From contig OX597816.1 of assembly GCA_951406725.2 (NCBI GenBank), forward strand, positions 106,206,001-106,270,000: a stretch of 64,000 nucleotides of DNA. The letters are read 5' to 3'. The notes under the pieces were generated by a model. That model was not told where the DNA came from, ran no database searches, and worked only from the letters and a program-made list of their open reading frames with translations. Made by a program: the position numbers and the translations under genes. Below are positions 37,845 through 51,702 of the stretch, in pieces. Each line of letters starts with the position of its first letter. Position 1 is the first letter of the stretch. The stretch is from Octopus vulgaris (lineage: Eukaryota).

Positions 37845-38148
37845 CAGTGGTTCTCAACCGGGGTCCGCACAGCAAAACTGGGGATTCACAATAGTATTTT
37901 AAAGGGCACCTGAAAAATTTTTGCTTTAGTTGTATTTATTGGTATGTATTGCAAGAAACAGCGAGGTTTCCTGTATCATTTTACGTAATTCATCCTACAC
38001 AAGTTAATGTGTGTGAAACGAAATAGGAATTTTGAAAGAGGTGTCTATAAAACTAGTTTTTAAATATCGAATGATTATGGGGGTCCACCAGAATAAAACA
38101 GTAATCAAAGGGGTTCATAGACAAAAAAAAAATGATTGAAAACCCTTG
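37845..38148 (+). mobile_element. hAT (Charlie-like) MITE nested in another repeat
   Basis: CAGTGGTTCTCAACC...GATTGAAAACCCTTG termini; TAGAC on both flanks. Confidence 0.7.
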
Positions 38149-40339
38149 AATTATAGACCTATGATAAAAGATCTTCCAGCCATGACCATTCCTGTTTTTT
38201 TTTTCCTTTTAATTTTTTTTTTTTAGATGCAATATAGTTAATGTGTCCTTCCTTTTTAAGAAGGTAGGGTTTAATTTGAAGAAGGTGCGACTTGTTTTCT
38301 ACTGCAGCTCCGAGTTGACCAAACCTTTATAAGTGAAATCTGATACACGGAAACTGTTCTTGGACAACATGCTTAATTCGTAACCCACCTTTATTGGAGT
38401 CCACAGTCTCAAACATAAGAACCAAGTCTCCTGTTTAAAGATAACCCTTTGAGTTTTAATTTATTCCTTACTTTTACCCCCATTGGCTTGAGAGATCCTG
38501 CAATAAGGTCATTAGCTGATTGTTAATAATTTTATCTTTTTTAGAAAATAGTTATCTATCCAACTTAAATTGCCTGCAATGTTAAGAATTCTCTTCTTGT
38601 GATACACAAACTTATCCTCTTATGTGTGCCTTGAGAAATTTATGATATAGAGATGTGTGTAGGAAAATAATTCCAGCCATGAAATAAATCTAGGAATGCG
38701 CAAATATCTGCATTTGTATACCTGTTCAAACATTTGAAGTATGATAGGGCAGTTAGAAAGGTAATATGTGAGTGAGTAAAGATAGCATGTATTCAAGAAT
38801 ATTATGTGATGTATTGTGCAATAACAGAGTGAATAAGGTAGAGAATTTTAGCTGTAAAATTGGTATTCAGGTGAAGACCAAGTTAAAGTTCAAAGCTTAA
38901 AAAGAAGATTACTGTTATATAATAATAAATAAAATATGATATATATGAAGATTCACTAAGTTATATTACTTGTTTTCTGCCACTGGCAGATGATTTTTCT
39001 GCAAATCCTATTTGCTTTTCACTTTAAACCTTAATCAACAACAGATGTAAAAAAGACAAAAGAAAGTAATTAAATTTTTCCTATGATTTGTTAGCAGCAA
39101 GCTAAGTTTCTCTTTTACCTCTTTATTTCTTTCTTTTTTTTTTTTTTTTTTTCTGGTATTATTGTAAGATTTGTTAATGATTTGGGTTGGATGATGTTCT
39201 GGTGATGAGAAATATTAATTGAAGTTGTCAATAGGTTGGGGAATAAGATCATCTTAATTAAACAGCTGGCCATATCAACAGGAATGATTTTAATGAACCA
39301 ATGAGAGAGCTACTATATAATTACTTTGACCTGGTACAAATAGCAGTCAAATTTCCTTTTGAATTACACCCTACCATCTTAAAAATGGTAGAACAGTTGT
39401 GACCATCTTGTCTCATTCTCAGACATAGCTGAGTCTAAGACTATATTGGCCAATGCCTCCTTCTTCTAAGATGATTTGAGAGAGATTTAGCTGCTATTTC
39501 CATCACATTGCACAGTGGCAATGTAGCAGTTCCCTTGCTCGTTCATCTCTTCTCTGTTATAGAAGTCTTACTGGCTTTTGGTACTTTCCCATTCCAATAC
39601 TAACAATAATTGTTTCTAAACTTGGTGCAAGGCCTGCATTTTTGAGGGGAAGGAATTAGTCCGTTATAGACCCAGTAATCAACTGATACCCGATTGACCC
39701 CAGAGGAATGAAAAACAAAGTTAGCCTCAGCAGAATTTGAACTCAGAACAAAGAGTAAGGAGAAATACTGCAGAGAATTTCTTTCCAATGCTCTAACCAT
39801 TCTACAAATCCTGTAGTTTTTTTCACCTATATATTTATTTTATGATTCAATCAAATGAAGACAGACAGCACCTATGACTTTCTTTCAAATCTGATGAAAG
39901 GGTGTGTAAGATATTCTTAAACTAGAATTCATGTATGAATGTGTGTAACTAACCAAAGTGCGCACCGCTAATGGAGTATTTTATTTATTTATCTATTTAT
40001 TACTGTTATTTTCATATGTTAATCAGATTAGTAATTAGCTAAGCAACTTTCTTTTATATGACTAGGCTTATTATTTTTTTTATTTTATTAATTGTTGATT
40101 GCTATTATTTGCAAATTATTTATTTCTGTAGCATTTTGATCTTGTTGCCTCAAAAGCCATATCCTTTATTATCTCTGTTGTTGTAAAGTGTACAAAACTA
40201 AATCTTATTTAATTCTACTTATGACATTGATGTTCTTTTATAGTACTGAGATAGTAGTCATAGTAGTGATGTCAGAGCCGATCATGTTGCTCTTTGTTTT
40301 TATTTTTTATTTTCAGTGTGCGGTTCATTGTTGTTCTAT

Positions 40340-41668
40340 TTATAGTCAAATCCTGCCGTGGTCAACTTGGCCTTTTATCCTTTCAGGGTTTATAAAGTAA
40401 CAGTTAGTACTGGAATCCATGGAATTAGCTGATTCTTTCCTTCAAAACTGCTCACCTTGTGCCTAAATCAAAAGCCTATATTATTATCATTATTAAGGTA
40501 GTGAGCTGGCAGAATCATTAGCACACTGGAGGAAGTGCTTAGCAGTATTTTGCCCGTCACTACATTCTGAGTTCAAATTCTGCTGAGGCCAACTTTACCT
40601 TTCATCGTTTCGGGGTCAATAAAATAAGTACCAGTGGAACACTGGGTCAATGTAATCGACTAGTCCCCTCCCCCAAAATTTCAGGCCCTGTGCCTGTAGT
40701 AGAAAGGATTATTATTATTATTATGGCAAGCTGGCAGAATTGTTAGAGCAGCAAACAAAATGCCTAGTGACATTTCTTCCAGTTGATTATATTTTGATTC
40801 ATACATTCAGAGTCAATAAAATAAGTACCAGTCAGTACTGGGGTTGATGAAATCAACTTACCCATTTCCACAAAATTTTAGGCCTTGTGCCTATAACATA
40901 AAGGATTATTATTATTCTGACAGAATCATTAGCACACCAGGCAAAATGCTTAGTGGCATTTTGTCTGGTTTTACATTGGAGTTCAAATTCCACTATGGTT
41001 GACTTTGCCTTGTTGCCTTAAAAAGCATATCCTCTATAACCTCTGTTGCTGTAAAGTGTACAAAATTAAATCTCATATAATTCTACTTATAACATTGATG
41101 TTCTGTCATAGTACTAAGATAGTAGTCATAATAGTGAAGTCAGAACTGATCAGGGTCAATAAAATAAGTAACAGTTGAACACTAGGGTCGATGTTTACAA
41201 CTTACCGCTTCCCTAAAATTGCTGGCCTTGTGTCAAATCTGAAATTATTGTTATTATTTAGACTGTGAGCTGGCAGAAGAGTTAGAGTGCTGGAAAAAAT
41301 GTTTTGTGGTATTTCTTCCAGCCCTTTACATTCTGAATTCAGATCCCCTAAGGCTAACTTTGCTTTTGATCTTTTCAGGGTCAATAGAATAAAGTAGCAG
41401 TCAAGTATTTTATCAATCTTAACCTACAGATGCAATAGACTAATATGTCATATTAATATTCCCATCTTGGGGTAGTGAGCTGGCAGAATCGTAAGCACAC
41501 CAGGCAAAATGCTTGGCAACATTTCATCCATCTTTATGTCCTGAGTTCAAATTCTGCCAAGGTTGACTTTGCCTTTCATCTTTTTGAGATTGATAAAATA
41601 AGCACCAGCTGAGCAACTTATACCCTCCACTGAACTTCTTGGCCTTGTGCCAAAATTTGAAACCAATA
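40340..41668 (+). repeat. Head-to-tail cluster of about 6-7 copies of the ~200-bp SINE
   Basis: Recurrent GAGCTGGCAGAATC..GAGTTCAAATTC..AAATAAGTACCAG..GGCCTTGTGCC separated by (TTA)n. Confidence 0.88.
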
Positions 41669-42375
41669 TTTCTATTGTGGGTGATCTGTGGATTGTTTGG
41701 CAAAATTACTGATACTTGGTGTGTGCATGTATATAACATTTTCTTATAAAATTATTTATATGCTGTGTATAAGAGGAGAAGAAAGAGTAAATGAAGTTAC
41801 ATTATACATTTTTTCCATGACTATACAAATTGTCTCATTTGTTGATTTCAGTAGCGTAGTAGATTATATGTAATTAGGTCAAATTTTTTATGCCTATTTA
41901 TTTATATATATATATACATGCACAAGTGCATATAGATATATACATACATGTACACATCTGCTTATGTTCAGGTGTGTGCATGCACACACGCACACATTAA
42001 ATTATTGTGTTTGTAAAGTTGCCTCCACCTCTTTGAAATATTGAGGTTCACCAATGTCAAGATTAGGAAGGCTTTTATTAACTAATGCTGCAGATAACAT
42101 TTTGGCTTTCACTTTTAAAGGATTAATTTAATCATAAACTGATTAATTATGGGAAGTGGAGGAAAATGACAGTAACAATTGAAATAAGTATGATTCTGAA
42201 AGTGTTGATGCTGTAGGGTATTTATTTGTATTTATTTGTATTTATTTATTTATTTATACAGCTTTTGAAATAATCACATTTGCTTTAGTTAACTATTATG
42301 ATACTGGCTGACTTTGAAATCAGTCTTTTTAGACATATATTACAAAATGTATTGTTGCTTTGATGTAATAATGTG

Positions 42376-43062
42376 AAAAGACCCAGGAGGACCTGGGATG
42401 AGGTGGTGAAGCATGACCTTCGAACATTGGGCCTCACCAAGGCAATGACTAGTGACCGGGACCTTTGGAAATATGCTGTGCTTGAGAAGACTCAGCAAGC
42501 TGAAGGAGACCATAACCTTGTGGCCTATGCCAGGAGTGTAACCAGCCCACTTATACATGCCTTTCCTTCATTGGACACTAAACTTTGCTTGCGAAGACCT
42601 GTTGAGGCAAGTGAAATCAAATTCGATGACTGGCATCCGTGCTAGCGGAGCGCTAAGAGTACTATACGAGCATGATCGTTGCCAGAGCAACAAACTGGCC
42701 TCCATGCCGGTAGCACGCAAAAAACACCATTAGAGCATGATTGTTAGCTGCATCGCCTTACTGGCACTTGTACTGGTGGAATGTGAAAAAACATTCAAGC
42801 GAGGTCATTGCCAGTGCCGCTGGACTGGCTCCTGTGCAGGTGGTACATAAAAAGCACCATTTGAGCATGGCCGTTGACAGTACCGCCTGACTGGCACGTG
42901 AAAGCACCCACTACACTCTCGAAGTGGTTGGCATTAGGAAAGGCATCCAGCTGTAGAAACTCTGCCTGATGAGATTGGAATCTGGTTCGCCAGACCTCAG
43001 TTAAATTGTCCAACCCATGCTAGCATGGAAAGCAGACGTTAAACGATGATGATGATGATGAT
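42376..43062 (+). mobile_element. RTE 3' end with 3' UTR repeat module
   Basis: RPRRTWDEVVKHDLRTLGLT, then ~60-bp repeats and (GAT)n. Confidence 0.88.
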
Positions 43063-43562
43063 CTCTTGAATTCCTGAGATGCTGTTATAAGAGCTCTGGC
43101 TGAGCCCTGGTTTCAGGGTGTTAAAGAGATCAAGGAGGAATAAATTTCTTCCATCTGGTTATGTTATTGTTCATTTGATACAGTACATTTAAATTCATCG
43201 CCTGGTTTAACATCTCTACCAGGCCCTTATGTGCCTTTTGCAGAATTCACTCTGTTGCAAGTATTCACTCCAGGTCTCTAACTCATTGTCTTGATCCACT
43301 GATTCCTACTGCAGCAAACCATGAACTGCATTTCCTTACCACCACCATCAGTCTTGGAGATCTTGCAAGACATCTTTCTTTGACTAATCCATGTAATTTG
43401 AGGCAATGTAGAATATTTTGCCACTTATGCCTTTTTTATGGCATTAGTTACCTCAATACAGCAAGTTATTTATTTTGATAGTTCTAATTTCATTCCATTC
43501 ATACCATTCATTGGTAAATTGATGCCTTACTCACAGTGTCTTCTGACATTGTGAAAAAAAAG

Positions 43563-43935
43563 TATTATTATTATTATCTTCTTTCAATTTTGTTTCCATT
43601 TCTTGTGTAGTGTCTTCCCAACACCTAGAGCAAAGAAATTCACTGTATACATTGATAGGCCATTAATACAAACATGCTAGATTGTTCATTTACAAAGTCA
43701 TGTAACAGAAAAAAAAAAGGGGGAGGAAAGAAGGAAAAATAAAAAAAGAAAATTCAGTGACAACTGGTATGTCATATGTATTGACAAGAGCATTAAGATA
43801 ATTTTTTGCACTTCCTGCATAGATGGTGTAAACCAAGGATCATCCTCAAATAATTTTCAGTTCCCTTTATGATCATTTCAAGTGCTCCTACAATCATTGC
43901 ATTGTACCTGTCTTGAAATGCCACATTTTTTTTAT
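43563..43935 (-). mobile_element. R4/Dong-like (restriction-like endonuclease) LINE 3' remnant with (TAA)n tail
   Basis: Minus strand, frameshifted: MWHFKT..IVGALEMIIKGTENYL..MQEVQKII. Confidence 0.6.
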
Positions 43936-44461
43936 TTCAGTCAGCAAATCTTTATATTTTCTGAGCTTATCAAATTATTATTGTTGTTGTTGTTGTCGTC
44001 GGCGTCGAGGTGGCAAGCTGACAGACTCATTATAGAATTGGAAAAAGATTCTTTGTTATATCTTTTCCAATTTTTTATATTTTGAGTTCAAATCCTGCAG
44101 AAGTCAAGTTTACTTTTCATCCTTTCAGGGGTCAATAAGATAAAGTACCAGTCAAGTATTAGGGCAATGGCAATAACTAACCCCTCCTCTTAGAATTGCA
44201 GGCCTTGAGCCTAACTCAGAAATTATTATTATTATTTGTTGCCAGAAAGAGACAGTGCAGGCACTAGCATAGCTAGAGTGTGTGCTGCCCAAGGTGGCCC
44301 CTCCATTTGCCAGCCCCAGACCCCACAGAAAGCACATATTTCCCACAGCAGACCAAAAAGTGCCCCCCCCTACCATCCCCACTTCCTAGCTATGCTAGTG
44401 AGTGTAGGTATCTTTCCAGGTCCTCTCAAGCTGATGAGGTTAATACAGTTGTTCAGCTTAA

Positions 44462-44682
44462 CCCTTTAGTGTTCGCATTATTCTGACCAAATTAGCGCTT
44501 CTTCATCCACATTGTTTTGAACTAATCATGCATTATCTTGTAGCTATGAGATTTTAATGAGGTAGCTGTTAATTTTTAAAACGATATTGTAGGGTTGGTG
44601 TGAGAGACCAGATCTGGCCAGTTTGAACATAAAACAGGCAGAATACTTTTGGCCGGATATGGCCGGTTTAAATGCTAAAGGG
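44462..44682 (+). mobile_element. piggyBac-type MITE
   Basis: TTAA|CCCTTTAG...CTAAAGGG|TTAA. Confidence 0.88.
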
Positions 44683-45059
44683 TTAAATTTCTGCTTGCAA
44701 GATGTCTGTAGGAATTATATGAGAAAGATAGCAGCCCTAGAATGCTGCAATTCTGAGTAGGAAGATATACAAGCAAAGAACATTAAATGGAGGAGGAGAG
44801 AGAGAAAGAAGAAAGACACAAAGTAAAAAAAAAAAATTTTTTCTACAGTATTATATAATTAATCAACAATACTCCTCCCTCCAACTTATTAGAAGACCAG
44901 GAGAGGAAGTAACATGTCTTTGCCAGCAATGTGACACAAATCCAAAAACCTGGCTGCCAACATGACTAACAAAATAACATAGACATATTGGTCCCAAGTC
45001 TTGTATGTTTTCTTCTGTGCTTATGTGTCTGAATGATTAACAATCAAAAGAACAACCTT

Positions 45060-45360
45060 GCACAGGCACAGCTGTGTGGTAAGAAGCTTGCTTCCCAACC
45101 ACATGGTTCAGGGTTCAGTCCTACAGTGTGGCAAATCAAACAAGTGTCTTCTGCTATAATTTTGGGCCAGCCATGGCTCTGTGAGTGGATTTGGTAGATG
45201 GAAACAGAAAGAAGTTCATCATGTATGCATGTGTCTTTGTGTATGAATTTGTCCACCACCACTGCTCAACAACTGGTTGTTTGGTCGCTTACATCCCCCA
45301 TAACTTAAAAAACCTGATATTCTATCCGGTTTTTTAAGTACCAGGCTTCAAGAAATAAGT
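45060..45360 (+). mobile_element. tRNA-derived SINE (15841 family)
   Basis: GCTGTGTGGTAAGAAGCTTGCTTCCCAACCACATGGTTCAGGGTTCAGTCC. Confidence 0.8.
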
Positions 45361-46558
45361 ATCCTCTGACTAAATATTGATTCCAAATTTTGGCACAAGG
45401 CCAGCAATTTCAAAGACAGGGGTAAGTCTTTACATTTCTGAGTTCAAATTCCACCAAGGTCAACTTTACCTTTCATCCTTTCAGGGTTGATAAAATAAGT
45501 ACTAGTTGAACACTGGGGTCAATGTATTAGACTTACCCCATTCCCCCAAATTTGCTAGCCGTGTGCCAAAAATTTGATATCAGTATTTTTGCATACACCC
45601 ACCTTCCAGCCCTTATACTTTGTATCCTTTTGTACGGAATCAAGTTCATGTGTTAATGGATAAACAACTTAATCTAGATTAACTGACACTTAATTACTGA
45701 AATAAATCCCACCAAACTCTCCCTATTTGTTTCCCTACTTAAACTTCTCTTGTCATCCATCAGCTTTTACATCATACCTAAATACTTTATATTTATGAAA
45801 AGAATTTCTCATTATCCCACCTCTCTCTCTCTCTCTCTCTCTATCTCCACCTACTCCCTAACTTAATGGTATTACGTTAGTTACTTTAATTACCCTTTTA
45901 ACAGTTACACCTCTTCCATTATAACATTACCTTCAATACTATACAACATTACACTGATCTTCCATCTAAAACTTGTTGGTTCAATTATTCCTTCTCATGT
46001 TTTTACCTCAACACTGTAACCCAGCAGGTAAATCAATATTTTTTACTGTTTTGTTTTTCCTTACCTTTCCCTGCTAATATATGAAGGTATCTCTAGTTCA
46101 GTGATTTTCAATATTTAGCCACACACTTCAGTTGGTTTCACTTGTTCAGCTTTAATGAACCGTTAATTTTGTCTTTCTTTTTTTTTGTTTATTGTTTACA
46201 CTACATTTCAATTGATTTTTGTAAATACACTCACACACACATACATATATGAAGTGAGTATATATACAAATCTCTGTGTGTGTATGTGTGTATTTAGAAG
46301 CTGAATATTCCTTTAGTTATTAGTCAAGACCTTTTTATGCACATTCATCATTCAAGTGTACATAGCAACATATATTGTACTACATTTATACTTTTGTCTG
46401 TCTGTCTATCTACTTGCACCCCCCTTCTCTCTCTTTGAAATGGAGAGGGTCTTACATCAAGGATGTATTTCCTAATATATATTACTCAATGATCTAAAAT
46501 CTATGAATTAAATGCTTTCAAAATATCATTATTTAGTTTGACTTTATTATTATGGCAT

Positions 46559-47143
46559 GACCCAGGAAGACATGGGACGAGGTGGTCAAGCATGACCTTC
46601 ATACTCTGAGTCTCACAGAGGCTATGATAAAAGACTGAGACCTCTGGAGATATGCTATGACTTCGAAGACCTGGCAAATGAAGTGAGTTCATGGCTCGAA
46701 GGACGGCCTGCTGTGCTAACCTTGGATTGTAGAGTGACCCCGCTGTTCTTGAGGAGACCTATTGAGTCAAGTACATCAACATCAAAATAAAAATTCGAAT
46801 GAAAATTGTAGTTAAGAACCCGTGCCGGTGACACGTAAAAAGCACCGTCCGAACATGGCAGATGCCAGCACCGCCTGACTGGCGTCCGTGTCAGTGACAT
46901 GTAGAAGCACCAACCAATCATGGCCGTCTGCCAGCCTGCTCTGGCCCCTGTGCCGGTGGCACGTAAAAAGCACCCACTACACTCACGGAGTGGTTGGCAT
47001 TAGGAAGGGCATCCAGCTGTGGAAACACTGCCAAATTAGATTAGAGCCTGGCAGCCTCCATGGTTTCCAGATCCCAGTCGAACCATCCAACCCATGCTAG
47101 CGTGGAAAATGGACGTTAAATGATGATGATGATGATGATGATG
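46559..47143 (+). mobile_element. RTE 3' end with 3' UTR repeat module
   Basis: PRKTWDEVVKHDL..; common tail and (GAT)n. Confidence 0.88.
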
Positions 47144-47159
47144 TATATATAAGCCAACT

Positions 47160-47482
47160 TCAAGAAATGTAATATTGACTCCCATTCTGAGATAGAAATG
47201 CTCAGGATCAAGATCACTGGAAATCCATCATCAAAGAGGAACTAATAACTTTTAAGACTAACAGGACTGCCAAACAAGAAGAGGCACAAAAAAGATAGAC
47301 AAGAACAACCAAGAAAGGACCTTCCATCCAGAACTACATATCTCACTTGTGGAAGGAACTTCCAAGCAAGAATTGGACTCATCAGTCACCTCAGAATACA
47401 TAAATAACTATAAAAATAAAATAAAATAAAAAGAACAAAGACCACAATCTTCTATATCAAGGGATAGCCACAAGTGATGATG
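47160..47482 (+). mobile_element. RTE/Bov-B-like LINE 3' remnant with C-terminal zinc-finger motif
   Basis: CGRNFQARIGLISHLRIHK* at 47348-47407. Confidence 0.75.
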
Positions 47483-48674
47483 TTGAAATTTATGTAACCC
47501 TGTGTGACAGGCAGTGAAAACAATGCTATACACACTCAGTATACATACATAGTTGAGTTGATATAGTCAACAGATGAGATCCCAAGATTCTCAGTATAGA
47601 AACACTTAGTAGTGCTCAAATGATTCAAACTTAAACTCCAATGCCTTTACAAGGAATCAATTCCATGGGATAAAGAATGGCTATAAGAGGGACCAAGCTG
47701 CACAGATATGGAGGCAAATATGCAGATAAACAAATTAGATATATTAGATATAACAGTTTGGGTATGAAATACAAAATATGTATACATGCAAAATGAGAGA
47801 AAGCAAAAAGTGAAGACTTTCAGATGATGATTATTTAAGTATGAATATATAGATACTTATAGTAGTGAGGAAGGCAAACGGTCAATCTACCTTCCTCACT
47901 ACTTTAACCAATACCTACTGACTCAAGCTGCAAGTTGGCATTTTTTTTTTCATACAACCACATCTCTAGCCATTGTTCTTGCTAGAATTTTGGTGGATTA
48001 CCTATTGGAAGCACTCAGAACACATACCTGTTAGTTTGGGTTACCTTGACCTAAACTCCTCATATCTTCTGTGTTGATATTTATATTAACAGATCAACTT
48101 ACAGAGTACAAATGACAGAGAAAATTAAAGGGGAGAAAGAAAGGTGTTATAAGTCCAGTAAAATTGATATATTTAGTTACTTATTGTCGAATGTTCATGT
48201 AGCCACAACTTAAAAGTTTTGTTGATAGTTATTACTTAAAAGTGGAGAAAACTTTGTTTTAACATTCCACTTGATTGTAGCTTTTCTTAAGTTGGATAAA
48301 GTTCTCAATATATATTTGCAGAATAATGTATATTGTCTTGTAAAAACAAATGTATTTATATTTAGTAACTATACCATTAAATCTACACAATGGTTTAACA
48401 GTTACCTAGATAACCAGTTTCTACTTTAAAATATAGTATGAATTATGCTCTAATTCCATTGTCCTATAGTCTTGCATTGCAAAATTTGTTTACTTTTATA
48501 GAAAAGATTGCTGTACAAGGATATATGTAGTAATGGTATCTGTAGGAAATCTTTTGGGCAATTACACCACCCTCTGCTGTTATGACTTACTTCCTACTTT
48601 AAATAAGGCCATATATATTTATTGATGATTATGCCTTCAATCTTACTGTGATAAGAAGACTAAAAATGTTGTGT

Positions 48675-48915
48675 TCTTGTTTGAGTGTCTGACTGAGGAG
48701 TTTTGTGTTGGATCAATCATTATACACAATCTTAAGAAACTGGACATAATGTTGAAGTTCTACACTGTAAATGATGAAGTGAAGTTAATGTAAAGAGGAA
48801 CATTGCATAGATCAAAACAGAAAGATCCTGATCATGTGTTGATGGAGTGGATTTATTAGAGTGAACATATGCCATTTAGGGACTGATGATTATGAAGCAA
48901 GCAAAAATCTGTTGC
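48675..48915 (+). mobile_element. Degraded Tigger/pogo transposase fragment (CENP-B-type HTH region)
   Basis: CLTEEFCVG..LKK..MLKFY..TLHRSK..DHVLMEWI..SEHMP..LMIMKQAK with stops and frameshifts. Confidence 0.7.
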
Positions 48916-50254
48916 AAATAACTGTAAATGTTCAGAAAGTTGAAAAAGAGAAAACACAGGAGGATCTGTTAATTATGATTTTATTCAACATATTCCCCTC
49001 TCACATTAACACACTTATTGCAGTGGTCCTTTAGTTTTTCTAAACCCTGTAAAAATAACTCAGAAGGTTGGAGACCCTTTTGCAGTACCCTTACTGGAAC
49101 TGGTAAGCTCTCTGGCTTATCAGTTCCAGTCAAACCACCTAACTCATGCCAGCATGGAAAGCAGGTACTAAATGATGATGATGATAAGAAAGCATTGTAC
49201 TCAAGAATTGCTGTTATGTCACTAATTTAGTAGTTTTTGTTTTTCTTATAACATTTAAGAAGTATAGAAGAGAAGCAATTAACTTTGACTTTTACTGTCT
49301 ATGCAAGAAAATTTGGTTGCTATTTCTAGCAGATTGATGACTGCTCCTTTCCAGCTTTTGTGAACCAATATCAAATAGTGGACAGTATATATCAATAAAA
49401 CTATTTTGCTATTTTATAACTTTCAGTTTTATAACTCTTAACATGTTTTTGCAAAAATACATTTAAAATTGGAAGTTTACAAAATTGGAAGAATGCAAAA
49501 GTGGTATCTAACTGTTATATGTGGCTAACAGATCAATGCAAAAGTATAATAGGTAGATTTGTTCTGGTGCAAAGGAATACTGGACAAGTGCCAAATATAT
49601 ATATATAAAACTGCTGAAGCTGTATTATGAAATGGCTAATGTGTTTAGACTTGGTTTCTATTCCCAAGTTGTCCCATTTTGTTCATTCAAATATGCAATC
49701 ATCTTGAAATCTGAAAAAAAATCCAAAACCAGAAACACTTCTAATCTCAGGTATTCCTGATAAAGAATTATTAACTGCACAAGCACGCATGCACGCACAC
49801 ATATACACATATCAATGTCATAAGAAACTTTGAAAACATGAAATAATTCTTTTAAGGAATGGTGAATATCAAGGTAAATAAAGCTATAACTAGTATCATG
49901 TAAATACCAGGTTAAAAGCCTTTTGGATAGAAAAACTGAAGGCTGCATGTGGACATGAACTTGCATCTCCTGTAAACATGTCAAGTGTTCTACCATTGGA
50001 CCCTGTTGGTACTGGTGCCACATATAAAGCACCTAGTAAACTCAAAGCAGTTGGCCTTTGATAGGTCATCCAGCTGTAGAAATCATGCCAAAACAGACAA
50101 TGGAGCCTGGTACAGCTCCTGGCCTCACCAGCTCCTGTCAAACCATCCAACCCATACCAGCACGGGAAACTGATGTTAAATGTTGATGATAGTAGTATTG
50201 ATATCATCATCATCATCATCGTTTAGCATCCGCTTTCCATGCTAGCATGGGTCT

Positions 50255-50503
50255 CTAGTCATTTCCAAAGGTCTCGGTCTCTAGTCATTTCCTCAGTGAG
50301 ACCTAAAGTTTGGAGGTCGTGCTTCACCACCTCGTCCCAGGTTTTACTGGGTCTGCCTTTTCCACAGATTCCCTCAACCGCTAGGGTATGGCATTTTTTC
50401 ACACAACTATCTTCATCCATTCTTGCCACATGACCATACCAGCGCAAACATCTCTCTTGCACACCACAACTGATGCTTCTTAGGTCCAGCTTTTCTCTCA
50501 AGT
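50255..50503 (-). mobile_element. RTE 3' coding fragment
   Basis: LREKLDLRSISCGVQERCLRWYGHV..GRPSKTWDEVV. Confidence 0.88.
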
Positions 50504-51481
50504 CATATATATACATATATATTTTTATATCAACAGTTATTTTATATTCTACTAAAATTTTATTTCTATTTCGATTATCTTTTCATCTTTCATTATATTT
50601 TATTAAACTCTTGTTAATTTCATTGTTATTGCTTTTATTGAGCTAACAATTATTAGAGCATTAGAAAACTGCTTTGCAGTAATTGTTCCAATACTTTACA
50701 TTCTAAGTTCAAATCCTGCTAAGGACAACTTTGCCTTTGATCCTCCAGGGTTGGGAGGAGGTATTGTCTTACCCCTCCTGGTGTTTAAATTAAGAACCTT
50801 TATTAACTCAGTATCTCTGTATACTATCTGCAGGTGTTGCTTTGTATTCCTGGATATGACTTGCATCTCTACTTATTCAGTGCTTCATTCTTTAAGAAAT
50901 GGTTGCTGATGACAATTATGTAATTGTTACTTTACCTCAGTTACCTGATGATTAATGATTAAAGCAGATCTATGATCAAAGGTTTATTTCATTACATGGC
51001 AACCTTTAAAAAGTCTCTTCTACCATAGCTTCTGATTGACCCAAGCCTTGTGAGCAAAATTGCTTAGATGTAAACTATGTGGAAACCCATCAAATGGACA
51101 GTACCCATTTTTCAGTAGTAAACTTAATCCATTGCTAGTTTAACATCACCACTTGGTCTATAGATATTTTGTGTGAGGTTCAATACAAGGTTCAATACAC
51201 AGCAAGCATTCCAGTCAGATAACTCAATATCTTGATGTGTTTCTTCCTAGTGTTAAGCCAGGAATAGTAATTTCTTCCTCATTTTCCTTATCTATTTCAG
51301 CCTTATGAAAGGTCCTGATTGCTGCCCTACCACTCTTGATTAAGCCATAAAAATAAGCCCTCAGCTGATTGGCATTAAATCACTAACAGACACTCTTCAG
51401 TCTGTGGCCCACAAGCATGCTGACCCCTCTCTCTCTCTCTCTCAACTATAATGACTTTTTTTGTCCTGGGTATGATTTTAA

Positions 51482-51702
51482 CTCTTTAATATTCAGATTT
51501 CTTTATCAAATGTTATGTTTATTTATTCACATTGTTTTGAATTAATCATGTAATATCTTGCAGCTTCATGATTTCAAATGATTTGATTGTTTACTTTTAG
51601 AATGACATGGTGAGGTAGGTGTGAGAGTTCAGATCTGGTTGGTTTGAGCTAAAAACTGGTAGAATATTCAAGCCAGATATGGCTGGTTTAAATGCTAAAG
51701 GG
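51482..51702 (+). mobile_element. piggyBac-type MITE
   Basis: TTAA|CTCTTTAA...CTAAAGGG|TTAA; homologous to 44462. Confidence 0.82.

Noticed and set aside
40141-40284. Duplicated intronic snoRNA
   Set aside because: No conserved C/D boxes or convincing H/ACA hairpin layout in both copies
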